From the IMG/VR virus record IMGVR_UViG_3300046028_006919, positions 12,475-76,474 of that record: a stretch of DNA of 64,000 nt; one strand, given 5' to 3'. This document shows positions 1-10,132 of the stretch, one piece after another. The notes under the pieces are model-generated. The model was not told the DNA's origin. It saw only the letters and a list, made by a program, of their open reading frames with translations, and did not search any database. A program made the position numbers and the translations under genes. Within the stretch, counting starts at the first letter, position 1, and every line of letters starts with the position of its first letter. The stretch comes from a virus.

Positions 1-155
1 TGTCTTTGATAGGGTCAGGGTCATTCCAAACTAATTTTTTATTTTCAGCAATAGCTTTTTTTAATTCAGCAAAATTTTTCATAACTAAATAGTTTTAATC
101 GGTTATATACGCGTACTAGACACAAATGTGTACTTGGGTGATTTAATTAAAAGGG

Positions 156-743
156 TTATTGATTAACCACTTGTCTATCTTCATCTTGCAAACATTCAGC
201 TTCCCATTGTTGAGCATAGTGTAACACTTCTTCAAGTGTATCAATATCCATATCGTGATACGATAAAAAATAGCCATCAATTTCATTCTCACCACCATCT
301 TCGTAAACTTCAACTTCTGCATTATCATAGTTAAATATATTTGCCAAATGAATATGATTACCGTTAGTTGGTATTGATACATCACTATCAGCACTAATAT
401 CAGCAGTAGAAAAACTACCAAATTCTTTAACGATTTTTTGTATATCGTCAATTAATTTATTTTTGATAAACATTGGGTTATCATTGTTTGGCAACACAGC
501 ATCAGCATCATCTTCGGATAAATCAACTGTAAACTTTTCTTGAGTTAATTCGTTGGTAACATCATAAACCATTGCATCAGCTTCCGATAACCATTTAAGA
601 ATTTTCTTGGTTGCTTCCAACGGATTTTTAGCATCAATATCAGTAAAGGTTAAACTTACTGAATACGTTTGCGTATTGTCCACGTGTTCTGTATTGTCGG
701 AGTTGTGTTTACCACCGTCCATTCCGTCCATATAATTTGACAT
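156..743 (-). CDS. hypothetical acidic protein
   Basis: 195-aa ORF with its own TAnnTTTG promoter upstream. Confidence 0.75.
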   Translation of the reverse strand: MSNYMDGMDGGKHNSDNTEHVDNTQTYSVSLTFTDIDAKNPLEATKKILKWLSEADAMVYDVTNELTQEKFTVDLSEDDADAVLPNNDNPMFIKNKLIDDIQKIVKEFGSFSTADISADSDVSIPTNGNHIHLANIFNYDNAEVEVYEDGGENEIDGYFLSYHDMDIDTLEEVLHYAQQWEAECLQDEDRQVVNQ

Positions 744-757
744 AATATATTTTGTTT

Positions 758-804
758 AATTGATTAACTCTGCAAAGATATAACAAATAATTAACCCTAC
801 CAAA
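758..804 (-). promoter_or_regulatory. Bacteroidota sigma-A type promoter (TTTG -33 / TATCTTTG -7) with conserved leader; representative of about 30 copies in the window
   Basis: minus strand TTTG (801-804), 20 nt, TATCTTTG (773-780), then CAGAGTTAATCAATTAAA leader; similar -7 boxes near 1732, 2119, 3327, 4910, 5629, 6118, 6891, 8125, 9072, 14026, 15737, 17558, 22988, 24621, 26447, 30112, 32014, 40026, 44606, 47442, 52800, 56064, 61935, 63088. Confidence 0.85.
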
Positions 805-839
805 TTTATTTTAAATTATTTTTGATAGGGTTGTTTAAT

Positions 840-1409
840 TTACCAACTTGAACTATAACAAATAACTTGCGTTTTGAAATCTGTTTCTTCCAACACTTTC
901 TCAATCAATTCAATAGTTTCTTCAACATCGTTGAAATACCATTCGTTAAATTCAGTTCCACCAAAGAAGAAACCACTTGTAGTTGGCAAATATTCTTCAA
1001 TACCCTCACCATCTTTAAGTATTCCATCATTCAAATATATATCTTTGACAGATATAGCTTTCTTGCAACGCTTTAATAAGTCCTTTAAATGTTTTTTTCT
1101 TACAATAGATAACTGACATTCATCGACACCATCTTGGCACTCTTGAACAAAGAAATTGTGTATGGCGTTGGCTTTTCTCCAATAGCCAATATCCTCAAAT
1201 ATTGATAACCAACTAAAATGTTCTCCACGTTCTTTGACAACTTCATCAAATTGTGAATAAGCTTCTTTGGTTCTACCTTTGATACTTTCACGTACTGACT
1301 TAAAAGCTTCTTTGGGTACATCGCTAATAGTATTATCCACTTTAGAATAATCTTTAGCCGTAAGTCCTTTGACTTTTTTTGTTCGGTATAACATCATATC
1401 TAATCCCAT
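840..1409 (-). CDS. conserved phage protein (MGLDM...YWRKANAIH...SGFFFG...YSSSW type)
   Basis: 189-aa ORF with motifs typical of a widespread phage hypothetical family. Confidence 0.75.
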   Translation of the reverse strand: MGLDMMLYRTKKVKGLTAKDYSKVDNTISDVPKEAFKSVRESIKGRTKEAYSQFDEVVKERGEHFSWLSIFEDIGYWRKANAIHNFFVQECQDGVDECQLSIVRKKHLKDLLKRCKKAISVKDIYLNDGILKDGEGIEEYLPTTSGFFFGGTEFNEWYFNDVEETIELIEKVLEETDFKTQVICYSSSW

Positions 1410-1414
1410 AATTC

Positions 1415-1702
1415 CTAATTTTTAAAAGTTACTTTAGTTTTAATCCAATCCATAATTTCACCTGCCCAATAAGAAGTAGTCAAGTCAAATAGAAACCAGT
1501 CCACATTGCTTTCAGCATCACCACTCGATAAATTTACTTCAAGTCTGTTCCACTCTTTAGCACCACTTTGGTCGCTACCTTTGTTCCAACCCTTTGAAGC
1601 ATCCCACGCTTTAGCAATAACTTTTACTTGCGTTTTTGTTGTTTCAATGGTTACAACACCACCTCTACAAACTTCACCTAATTTCCACGTTTTTGTTGCC
1701 AT
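1415..1702 (-). CDS. hypothetical protein
   Basis: 95-aa ORF with own promoter. Confidence 0.7.
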   Translation of the reverse strand: MATKTWKLGEVCRGGVVTIETTKTQVKVIAKAWDASKGWNKGSDQSGAKEWNRLEVNLSSGDAESNVDWFLFDLTTSYWAGEIMDWIKTKVTFKN

Positions 1703-1780
1703 AATAAATTTGTTTATTGATTAATACAATGCAAATATATAACATTTATTTTACTCTACCAAATTTATTTTGTTTAAATA

Positions 1781-2089
1781 TTATAGGTTTTTAAGACTAT
1801 TTATTAACGGATTTTGAATACGTGGGTTTTTACTTGTGAAAAAATCCAAATGTTCTAAGAAAGTAACATCATGGTTCAAGAACAAATCGACTGCTACTAA
1901 TTCTTCTTCTTCGCTACAAAATTCGTCATTGTGTAAACATAAAGGTTCATCTTGTGCGTTCTCAAATAATGTTATAGTTTGTCTATTTGTGTGTTCACAA
2001 GTAGTAACTCTTAAAAAAGGGTAAACACCTTTTTCTACTTCTATAAAAATAGATTTTTCATCATCTACTGTAAAAATTGTTTTAGTCAT
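1781..2089 (-). CDS. hypothetical protein
   Basis: 102-aa ORF with own promoter. Confidence 0.65.
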   Translation of the reverse strand: MTKTIFTVDDEKSIFIEVEKGVYPFLRVTTCEHTNRQTITLFENAQDEPLCLHNDEFCSEEEELVAVDLFLNHDVTFLEHLDFFTSKNPRIQNPLINSLKNL

Positions 2090-2132
2090 AATAAATTTGT
2101 TTAATGGTTAATACATTGCAAAGATATAACAT

Positions 2133-2537
2133 TTATTTTACAACTGCAAAACAATATCCAACTTTTTTTATTGTTAAAATTCTTTCTTTACCAATAATTT
2201 GTCTTAACTTGCATACACATACATCAATAGTTCGTGTTACAACACATACATCATCACCCCATACATCACGCATAAGAATTTCTCTAGGTACATTTGTACC
2301 TTGTCTTTCTATAAGATAAACCAATAAATTAAACGACAACTTTTCAAGTCTAGTTTTTTTACCCTTGACTGAAACAGTCATATCGTTTCTATCTAATTTA
2401 ATGACACCACACTCAATAACTTTAACTTCGTCATCTTTGGTAACACTCAATACCAATTTAAAGATTTCAGCTTGGGTTAAACTTTCTTGTTGTGTACGCT
2501 TAACGGCGTTAATAATATTCTCGGCAATTCTGCTCAT
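2133..2537 (-). CDS. OmpR/PhoB-type winged-helix DNA-binding protein lacking a receiver domain
   Basis: LSFNLLVYL...VPREILMRDVWG...RTIDVCVCKLRQII...ILTIKKVGY matches the Trans_reg_C pattern. Confidence 0.85.
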   Translation of the reverse strand: MSRIAENIINAVKRTQQESLTQAEIFKLVLSVTKDDEVKVIECGVIKLDRNDMTVSVKGKKTRLEKLSFNLLVYLIERQGTNVPREILMRDVWGDDVCVVTRTIDVCVCKLRQIIGKERILTIKKVGYCFAVVK

Positions 2538-2585
2538 AGATTTTTTTTTTACAAATATAATAATAATTTTTTAACTTTCAAACTT

Positions 2586-2984
2586 TTAATCACAATAAAT
2601 TTTCAACACACCAATTACACTCGCATCACGATATTCAATATCGACTGGTTTTCTATACTCTTCCCAAATACCGTCTTCACCAAAATTGAAGTCATACTCA
2701 CAAACCATTTCAGTAAATTTCTTATTTAAACCAAAACCCATATAAGAAATAACAAAATAACCATCTTGACTATCGTCAATAAATTTAACGTGATACATAT
2801 TGTCAGGGTCTTGCGCCAGTAAATTTAATATCAACTCTTCATCTGTACCCTCATCACCAGCAACTTGCTCAAGGATATCCAACGGCAAACGTTGTTCAAG
2901 AATACCCAAATCACCCTCTTTGTACATTTGGTACAATTCAGCGTAATTCTTTACGCTGAACGTATGCAATACTTTTGCTACCAT
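2586..2984 (-). CDS. hypothetical protein
   Basis: 132-aa ORF. Confidence 0.65.
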   Translation of the reverse strand: MVAKVLHTFSVKNYAELYQMYKEGDLGILEQRLPLDILEQVAGDEGTDEELILNLLAQDPDNMYHVKFIDDSQDGYFVISYMGFGLNKKFTEMVCEYDFNFGEDGIWEEYRKPVDIEYRDASVIGVLKIYCD

Positions 2985-2991
2985 AATAAAT

Positions 2992-3297
2992 TTATTCAGT
3001 TAAAACAACTCTTTCTTTTAGCTTATCGCTTTGCTCTTTCATCATATCCATTTGTTTTTGGAGTTTAATTAAATCAGCTTCACGTTTATCATGCAATCTG
3101 CGAATAAGCGAAAGCATTATATCATTTTGTTCCGACATATCAAAATCTCTGCGTAACAAATAAAGTGTTTTCTCAATCGCTTCAGCTTTCATCATTGGCT
3201 CATGGCGAGTAAAGTCGTCAAACTTTGCTTTCGCTTTGCGTTTTAACGCTTGGAAAAGCAAACCCGCTTTTCTCATTTTTGTAACTTCTGTTCTCAT
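2992..3297 (-). CDS. hypothetical coiled-coil protein
   Basis: 101-aa ORF with own promoter. Confidence 0.65.
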   Translation of the reverse strand: MRTEVTKMRKAGLLFQALKRKAKAKFDDFTRHEPMMKAEAIEKTLYLLRRDFDMSEQNDIMLSLIRRLHDKREADLIKLQKQMDMMKEQSDKLKERVVLTE

Positions 3298-3613
3298 AAT
3301 TAAAATAGTTTTATTGATTAACTCTGCAAATGTATAACATTTATTTTACACTACAAAATTATTTTACAATTATTTTATATTTAATTTTACGCGTGTATTT
3401 TTTCTTGTTCTTATAAACGTTAGGACGCGTAGCCATTCTACGCTCCTCTAACGTTATTACAATCATTTTTAATGCTCCCATAGGTCATTTAATTTATTCA
3501 GTTTCTTGTTCGTGGCACTTCTCACATACACCCTCAAACCATTGGTCATGCCTACCTTGTTCTTGCCCACACTCGGAGCAACCCCAAATATCGTCTTCTC
3601 TAGTCATATAACT

Positions 3614-3796
3614 TTATTTTTCGTTTAACCCAACAAATATGGTGATACTATCTTCCCCATCATCCCACACTTCAAGTTTGTCAAAATACATATCAGTATC
3701 TTCATCTTCTGGGTTACCTGTGTTACCCAACAATACAATATCTGCGTTGGGTTTATTTAACGCTTTTAATTGGTCAATAAGTTCTTGAATTTTCAT
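3614..3796 (-). CDS. small hypothetical protein
   Basis: 60-aa ORF, MKIQELIDQL start typical of phage small proteins, own promoter. Confidence 0.6.
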   Translation of the reverse strand: MKIQELIDQLKALNKPNADIVLLGNTGNPEDEDTDMYFDKLEVWDDGEDSITIFVGLNEK

Positions 3797-3852
3797 AGTA
3801 TTGTTTTTTTAATGATGGTGCAAATGTATAACAATATATTTACACCACCAAA

Positions 3853-4878
3853 TTATTTAACTCTTTTTATTGCATAAAATACCATTGGTGATTTTGTCTT
3901 ATATGGTATTTTTTCAACTAGTGTAAATTTGTCAGTCATTAAGTCTTTTAATAATTGGTTATTAGCAAAATCACTATCAGTCATTTTGGTATTGTTCATT
4001 TTTCGATATGTATTGAATATCAAAGCGTAATCACCTTTGACTACTTTTCTTACTCTTTGAGTAAAAGTCAAAAACAAGTAACCACCAACTTGTACCAAAT
4101 TATTGTCAATAGCATAAGCAACCGACTTCGCTTGTGTTGGTAAAACACCGCAAAAATCCATATTGATATGGGCAAATGAATTGCTAGGGTACTGCGATAT
4201 AACATCGCACACATCACCAAAAGCCATACTACCAACAAGTCCTAACAAGTCTTTTTTAATATTAGCACCGCTAAAAACATTCAAGTTGTTTGCTATACCC
4301 AAGTAAGTATTATTTTTGGCATATTTGTTTATAAAAACTTCACCCAACCAATCAAAATGCGGTAAGCAACCTATAAGACCAAATACACCACTTTCCAACA
4401 CCAACTCACCAACTCGATTTCTTACATCATTTTTACCCCCAAAATCTTTATCAGCATAAGCGTTTTTAGAAAGCGATTTTAGGTAAGCACTTCTATACAC
4501 CTCAACTTCTTTGTATAAGCGAGAAGTTCTATATTCGTCAGCAAATACACCTTTACGCAACCCAGTTATTCGTCGCCAAGAAACTTGGGGAATTAACTCG
4601 CTTATTTGCATTGGTCTTAACGTAGGGTTTTCAAGTATGATAGCCCTAACTTTATCATCAGAAAACTCTGTATCGTTGATAGTTAAAACTTTATCTAGTT
4701 CTCCCTTGATAACCTCAAATACAAGACCTTGACGTACTAATCGTTTACGAATAGCACCAAATTGTTTTCTTGAAATAGTTGGGTGTAAATCATTTAATTC
4801 ATTTACACTAAGTTCTTTGTCTTTAAGAATTAGTGAAGTAACATAAGAAGTCGGGTAATTTAACGTAGATAATTCCAT
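3853..4878 (-). CDS. HTH-containing protein with C-terminal SAM-dependent methyltransferase-like fold
   Basis: N-terminal helical HTH-like segments; C-terminal FAHINMDFCG and GGYLFLTF resemble class I methyltransferase strands. Confidence 0.5.
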   Translation of the reverse strand: MELSTLNYPTSYVTSLILKDKELSVNELNDLHPTISRKQFGAIRKRLVRQGLVFEVIKGELDKVLTINDTEFSDDKVRAIILENPTLRPMQISELIPQVSWRRITGLRKGVFADEYRTSRLYKEVEVYRSAYLKSLSKNAYADKDFGGKNDVRNRVGELVLESGVFGLIGCLPHFDWLGEVFINKYAKNNTYLGIANNLNVFSGANIKKDLLGLVGSMAFGDVCDVISQYPSNSFAHINMDFCGVLPTQAKSVAYAIDNNLVQVGGYLFLTFTQRVRKVVKGDYALIFNTYRKMNNTKMTDSDFANNQLLKDLMTDKFTLVEKIPYKTKSPMVFYAIKRVK

Positions 4879-5028
4879 AATATCATAAGTTTTTAATTGT
4901 TTAACTCTGCAAAGATATAACGTTTTTTTAAACTACCAAACTTTTAATGAACTTTTTTTAATCTAAATGTAAAAAAAAATCCGTACCCTTTATAGGTACG
5001 GACTTTAAACCATTATAAGACGTTTAAT

Positions 5029-5601
5029 TTATTCGTCTTCATCAACTAAATTCATACTTTCCCAATCTTCGTCTTCACTCTCATCTGCATGAATAAAGAT
5101 AACAGAAAAATGAACATACTCACCACTACCGTCTTTCGCACCATAAACATCATAAGAACCGTCACCGAAACCACTTGACGATACGACACCGTTTGACATT
5201 ACACCCCAATTTTCTTCACCCAATGTTTGTTTTGAACAAGCACGATACCAAGCATCGCCCTCTTGAACATCATAGTTAGCACCGAAATCTTCTTTCTCCA
5301 AATCTTTGGCAAGTTCGTCATTACGATAAAAATCTTTATCGAAGAAACCAAATTGCCCACTATCAACACCACCAACAAAATTCATAATATCAACGTTTGC
5401 CTCTGGCTCATTAATATCTTTGTGGTTAATCGATAACAACGCAATACGTTTACCCCAATCGCCCTCATCGGTTACAATAACCTTAGCAACCCAAGTACCA
5501 TTTTTTACATTCTCAACAATACCTTGACACCAAGTCGGTATTGAATAACAAGGGTCACTACATACAATAGCACCACTCTTAACTTCAAATTCTTTTTGCA
5601 T
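5029..5601 (-). CDS. DUF4241-like protein
   Basis: SDPCY, GVDSGQFG and SSGFGDGSY motifs. Confidence 0.7.
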   Translation of the reverse strand: MQKEFEVKSGAIVCSDPCYSIPTWCQGIVENVKNGTWVAKVIVTDEGDWGKRIALLSINHKDINEPEANVDIMNFVGGVDSGQFGFFDKDFYRNDELAKDLEKEDFGANYDVQEGDAWYRACSKQTLGEENWGVMSNGVVSSSGFGDGSYDVYGAKDGSGEYVHFSVIFIHADESEDEDWESMNLVDEDE

Positions 5602-5730
5602 AATAAATTTAATTGATTAATAACACCGCAAAGATATAACAATTATTTAATTGACAAAACTTTTTTACAATTATTTTTTAATTATATCTTTGCACCACTA
5701 GTTAACTATTATTCTATATACTGAATAAAT

Positions 5731-6087
5731 TTAACCACGTGACGGGAATAACTTCTCCATTGCTTTACGTTGGTTAATCTTTTCAACAATATCTTTCTTG
5801 GTTAACCTTTCCACATATTGATACTCCCATGCATCCCACAACGGTATGTGAATTAATTCAACTGGCGACAATGAAGCTACCATATATTCTGCGTAACTAT
5901 CAGCAACAGGGAATTGAATTATAACCCCAAGGTTTTCATCGGTTACACCCGTATTTGCCGCACGATTAATACACCATTGTTTTAAGTCTTCAATAAATTT
6001 TTTGTTGGCCGACTCATACGCGGGAATGTCTTCCCAATTAAAATCAGGAACTTTAATCTCAGCAGGTAATAAAAATACTTTTGCCAT
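5731..6087 (-). CDS. conserved phage protein (FPVADSYAEYMV motif)
   Basis: 118-aa ORF with own promoter. Confidence 0.7.
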   Translation of the reverse strand: MAKVFLLPAEIKVPDFNWEDIPAYESANKKFIEDLKQWCINRAANTGVTDENLGVIIQFPVADSYAEYMVASLSPVELIHIPLWDAWEYQYVERLTKKDIVEKINQRKAMEKLFPSRG

Positions 6088-6224
6088 AATAAAATGTTTT
6101 AATGATTAATAACTCCGCAAAGATATAACAATTATTTTATCCCACCAAATATTTTTTGAATTATTTTAATCCCATAAAACCACTGGACCCCAATCGTACA
6201 CAAAAGTGTACATAACATGTATAT

Positions 6225-6262
6225 AAAAGAAAATGACCTCCCAATAAAGGGAAGTCACTTTC
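6225..6262 (-). terminator. Rho-independent terminator
   Basis: GTGACTTCCC/GGGAGGTCAT hairpin followed by a U-rich tract on the minus strand. Confidence 0.7.
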
Positions 6263-6312
6263 AGCGTTAAATCAATTAAACTATTATGGATTACTAGTTT
6301 CTCTTCTCATGG

Positions 6313-6861
6313 CTACGCCTCAATTAAATTAAATTCAATTTCCTTGTAACCTTTTGGTACTGTATCATCAGCGCTAATCAAATGGCGCGCCCATGAACCA
6401 ACCAATTTATTAGGGTCATTACCCCTAAAATCACCACCACCTGAACCGTTTCCGTCACTGGTTAACAATGGCAACGGGTGAATACGATAATCTGAATCAC
6501 CAACCCATTCAGCAGTTATTCTAGGTACTTTGGTAGTATCAACAAATAACTTTTTGGTATGGTTGATAATAAATTGACAATCTTTTTCATAAGCTATCAA
6601 TTCTGAACCAACATTATTTTTGTCGTTACAACGCCCATATGTATTGGTTTTACGACCAGAACATGGCTTTGCGTAATCACCACCCCAAACAACAATTTGT
6701 GGGTTTCTATAAATAAGGCTTTCAAAAGCTCTTACAAAATTGTTACCAATCCATGAATGCTCCATAAGCTTAAGCCCATTGTCAAAGTCATGTGAATACA
6801 TCCATTTAATAACTGTTTTTTTGTTTTTAGCCAATATAACTGGCTTGTAATACTGTCCCAT
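6313..6861 (-). CDS. conserved phage protein (MGQYY...GLKLMEHS...WGGDY...HPLPLLT...GGGD type)
   Basis: 182-aa ORF with characteristic motifs, own promoter and terminator. Confidence 0.75.
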   Translation of the reverse strand: MGQYYKPVILAKNKKTVIKWMYSHDFDNGLKLMEHSWIGNNFVRAFESLIYRNPQIVVWGGDYAKPCSGRKTNTYGRCNDKNNVGSELIAYEKDCQFIINHTKKLFVDTTKVPRITAEWVGDSDYRIHPLPLLTSDGNGSGGGDFRGNDPNKLVGSWARHLISADDTVPKGYKEIEFNLIEA

Positions 6862-6909
6862 AATAAAATGATTTATTGATTAATACTTGGCAAAGATAAA
6901 AAGAATAAT

Positions 6910-7179
6910 TTACATTACCAAATAAACTTGATTAATTTTTTCATTTTTATCATAATGAACCTCTAAGGTCCTGTCTTGATAGTTGATAGCAATTATCTCA
7001 TCATCAACTTTGCCATGCTCATCATCCATTTTATAATCAGAACTCAATCTTTGAATCGTTCCAACTCCATGCGGGATACGTTCAAAAACCTTCAGCTGTT
7101 TTATATCATGCTTCTTCTTGAAGCTCTTCATAACTTTGATAACCAAATCATCCGTTGGTATTGGTAAATGTCCCGCCAT
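6910..7179 (-). CDS. hypothetical protein
   Basis: 89-aa ORF. Confidence 0.6.
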   Translation of the reverse strand: MAGHLPIPTDDLVIKVMKSFKKKHDIKQLKVFERIPHGVGTIQRLSSDYKMDDEHGKVDDEIIAINYQDRTLEVHYDKNEKINQVYLVM

Positions 7180-7181
7180 AA

Positions 7182-7553
7182 TTAATACGCAATTAATTTA
7201 TTACCTATTGTTTGTAATTTGTCAAACTTCCAATTGTCAGCAACTTTACCGTTACACATCCAATGCGGATATACCCTTGGATTATATGATACCTCAATAC
7301 CCTTGTCAGTCATATATCGCATTGATATAGATTCACACCATACCCACGCACATACAACCTTCTCACCACCTTTATGAATACTAGCAGCTGTACCTTTCCT
7401 GTTATGTAACTGACAATTATATAACACCATGTTATGCTCAGCTGGATTGATAAATTGATAGTCACCGTTTGGATATTCTATTTTCCAATGTTGGTAATGC
7501 TCACCAGCACCCAAATGAAATCTAACTTTAATTCTGTTGTCTTTGGCTCTCAT
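7182..7553 (-). CDS. conserved phage protein
   Basis: 123-aa ORF, KVVCAWV and VSYNP motifs. Confidence 0.65.
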   Translation of the reverse strand: MRAKDNRIKVRFHLGAGEHYQHWKIEYPNGDYQFINPAEHNMVLYNCQLHNRKGTAASIHKGGEKVVCAWVWCESISMRYMTDKGIEVSYNPRVYPHWMCNGKVADNWKFDKLQTIGNKLIAY

Positions 7554-8094
7554 AGAAATCGCGTGATGTAGGAAATTGCTCCCTGTGTTTACTAATCAAT
7601 TCTTTGTACTCCTCCAGCGGTTTAACCTCATCTCGTTTGAAAATATACATACCTTCACCGCCATAACCTGGTTTTGCATATAGCTTATCAGGATTCTCAT
7701 TGCACACTGGATAACGCAAATCAAAATCATGCGCATAACCATTAATGTGAGATAAACTTGTATCACTCAATTCAGCAAATTTTTTCTTGCTAGTAGTAAC
7801 ACATAACAATTGTAATTCAACTCCCCTGTGATATGTGGTAAGCCCATACGTCTTATGCTTCTTGGTTAACGGCTGTTTAAAACCAAATGCTTCAATACCT
7901 TGAACATAGTCAATAACTTCATTCTCCTTACATATTTTGATAGCGTCAGTAAATTTACTTGCACTACCTACAGTCATTCCAAGTACCGTATCTTGAAAGA
8001 TAGTATACTTATCCAGCTGTGGGTGATTTTGCTCTTGTATAAAACATCCTTTGAACCACCACTCACCAACCTCTATTTGAAACGGTTTATTCAT
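7528..8094 (-). CDS. hypothetical protein
   Basis: 188-aa ORF with own promoter. Confidence 0.65.
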   Translation of the reverse strand: MNKPFQIEVGEWWFKGCFIQEQNHPQLDKYTIFQDTVLGMTVGSASKFTDAIKICKENEVIDYVQGIEAFGFKQPLTKKHKTYGLTTYHRGVELQLLCVTTSKKKFAELSDTSLSHINGYAHDFDLRYPVCNENPDKLYAKPGYGGEGMYIFKRDEVKPLEEYKELISKHREQFPTSRDFYESQRQQN

Positions 8095-8241
8095 AATTAT
8101 TATTCTTTAATTGTTTAACAGTACAAAGATAATACTTTATTTTAATATACCAAACTTTTTAATAAAAAAAATTAGGGTACCAGAAAAACTAGCACCCAAA
8201 GTCTGCCGCCACTCAATTATAGTTTTCGAAACTCATTTAAT

Positions 8242-9042
8242 TTATTCACCCATTACAAGCTCTTCATTCTTGATAAATTCATAGGTAACAACCGTATTAG
8301 AAACTTTAACAATAAAGTCATTCTCACTATAATCATTTTTACCTTTGCTACCTGCACCTGTAAGATTTTTATAATGCAATCCAACAACAACATTTTGCTT
8401 GTCTTTAAACCTTAAATCCGTTTCATCACCATTGATAACCTCAAAACCCATATACGTTTTTGGCAATGCTTGATTTTTATTCAATCCAAACACAACCGCA
8501 ACATTAAAACCACGCTTCAATAACTCCAAAGATTTTCCATGATTATTTTCAGAACGTGAAAACGTTAAATGATAATTAGAATAGTTAACTTTGTCAAATC
8601 TTAAATGATTTTTTGTATAATCATAAAATTGTACACTTGGAAACAACTCGAATATATTCTTATCGTCAACAACCTTAAATTTCTCAAATGGAATATCACT
8701 AGTACCATTTAATCTAATTGCAATATCCCACTTAGAACTATGCAATCTAACAATAGTCTCAATTTCACTCTTCAATTGTAACATGAAATTTTTTCTATCA
8801 GCCAAATAATATTCTGTCTTGTTTAATTTACCAGCTTGAACACCAGTAAATCTAGCAGCACCGCTACCAAATAAACAAGCCTTGGCACAACCCTCTGTAG
8901 CATGACTACATAAATTTATTCCCTTGGAATTTTGTGTGTGTGGGGCTAAATACAATATAGCAGTCTTAACACCCAATTTTTCACCCTTAACAGTCTTCGC
9001 ATTCTTAAAGCTCAATAGCTTTTTTGGTACATTGTAACTCAT
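8242..9042 (-). CDS. Gp88-like (radical-SAM-related) protein
   Basis: C-x6-C-x3-C (CSHATEGCAKAC), RLNGTSD, FYDYTK, HLTFSRSE and GDETDLRF motifs. Confidence 0.8.
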   Translation of the reverse strand: MSYNVPKKLLSFKNAKTVKGEKLGVKTAILYLAPHTQNSKGINLCSHATEGCAKACLFGSGAARFTGVQAGKLNKTEYYLADRKNFMLQLKSEIETIVRLHSSKWDIAIRLNGTSDIPFEKFKVVDDKNIFELFPSVQFYDYTKNHLRFDKVNYSNYHLTFSRSENNHGKSLELLKRGFNVAVVFGLNKNQALPKTYMGFEVINGDETDLRFKDKQNVVVGLHYKNLTGAGSKGKNDYSENDFIVKVSNTVVTYEFIKNEELVMGE

Positions 9043-9131
9043 AATAATAAATGTTTAATTGTTTAACAGTGCAAAGATATAACAATATTTTAAACCTGCA
9101 AACTTTTTTACAATTATTTTTAAATTATTTT

Positions 9132-9398
9132 TTACATCCAACCTTGTTTCACTATTTCTGGCCTGCCGTTTACCATGGACCAATGCTCAAACCATTCTCC
9201 CCATTCCCCGCGGCGATGACGATATACACACACTTCATTGTCATTGGATATTTCTAACAGGTCCCTCATCCGACGCTTTACTTCAGCATAGGTACCAAAG
9301 CTTTGTTGCAGCTTGCCGTTGGATATCTTGAAATTATTCTCATCCGAATAATTCCTAACCACATTTACATACACACTAGGTTTAAAACTTCTGGCCAT
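9132..9398 (-). CDS. hypothetical protein
   Basis: ORF with own promoter. Confidence 0.6.
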   Translation of the reverse strand: MARSFKPSVYVNVVRNYSDENNFKISNGKLQQSFGTYAEVKRRMRDLLEISNDNEVCVYRHRRGEWGEWFEHWSMVNGRPEIVKQGWM

Positions 9399-9703
9399 AA
9401 TAAACATTATTTAATATTAGGACGCAAAGATAATACATATATTTGTAACCACCAAATTTATTTCATTTACTTTAAATAATCCTTAACTCTTCAGGTCCCT
9501 ATTGCAACATCCAAAAAATCTTCGAATCTTTGCAGCATGATTCTAACCCACATATATCCCATCCTATTATGATGGAGTCTCATCCCAGCAGCATGCACAC
9601 CCGCGTAGCGGGCCCAGACACAAATGTGTACATAGGGAAAATATTTTTTAAGTAGTATTTACTTTTTGTGTCATATTACACATATTTATAATAAAACTGT
9701 AAT

Positions 9704-10132
9704 ATGAAATACAATGAAAAGAAAAGATTGCAATTAGGTCTAAGAAGACTTTATACTGGGGAGGCGCCTAGCAAAGAGTTATTAAATTTAATAGGTACCG
9801 ATAAGGATACCTTTGTTAACCATGTTAACGCTTATAGATTGTCTGGGATGACGGATGAGAATTTTGGGAAAGAATGGACACTGGACCATATAGTACCAGT
9901 AGATATCTTTGACATTTCTGATGAGCAGCAATTAAAGCTTTGTTATAACTATCATAACATAATGCCCATGTTTCTAAATGACAATAGAATAAAAGGTGCG
10001 AGCTCGCACTTCAGCTTGATTAAATTAAACCACATGAAAAATAACCCTAAACTAAACAATGAGATGGTCAATAAATTAATCACCGAGTGCGAACAACACA
10101 ACGATAAAATATACGCGAAATACCTAGTTTAA
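9704..10132 (+). CDS. HNH / endonuclease VII-like nuclease
   Basis: WTLDHIVP...CYNYHNIMPM...NRIKG; one of only two plus-strand units. Confidence 0.75.
   Translation: MKYNEKKRLQLGLRRLYTGEAPSKELLNLIGTDKDTFVNHVNAYRLSGMTDENFGKEWTLDHIVPVDIFDISDEQQLKLCYNYHNIMPMFLNDNRIKGASSHFSLIKLNHMKNNPKLNNEMVNKLITECEQHNDKIYAKYLV

Noticed and set aside
3380-3500. Possible recombination/res-like site in an intergenic stretch (also 10250-10340)
   Set aside because: Only a vague compositional resemblance; I could not define a repeat or dyad to support it.
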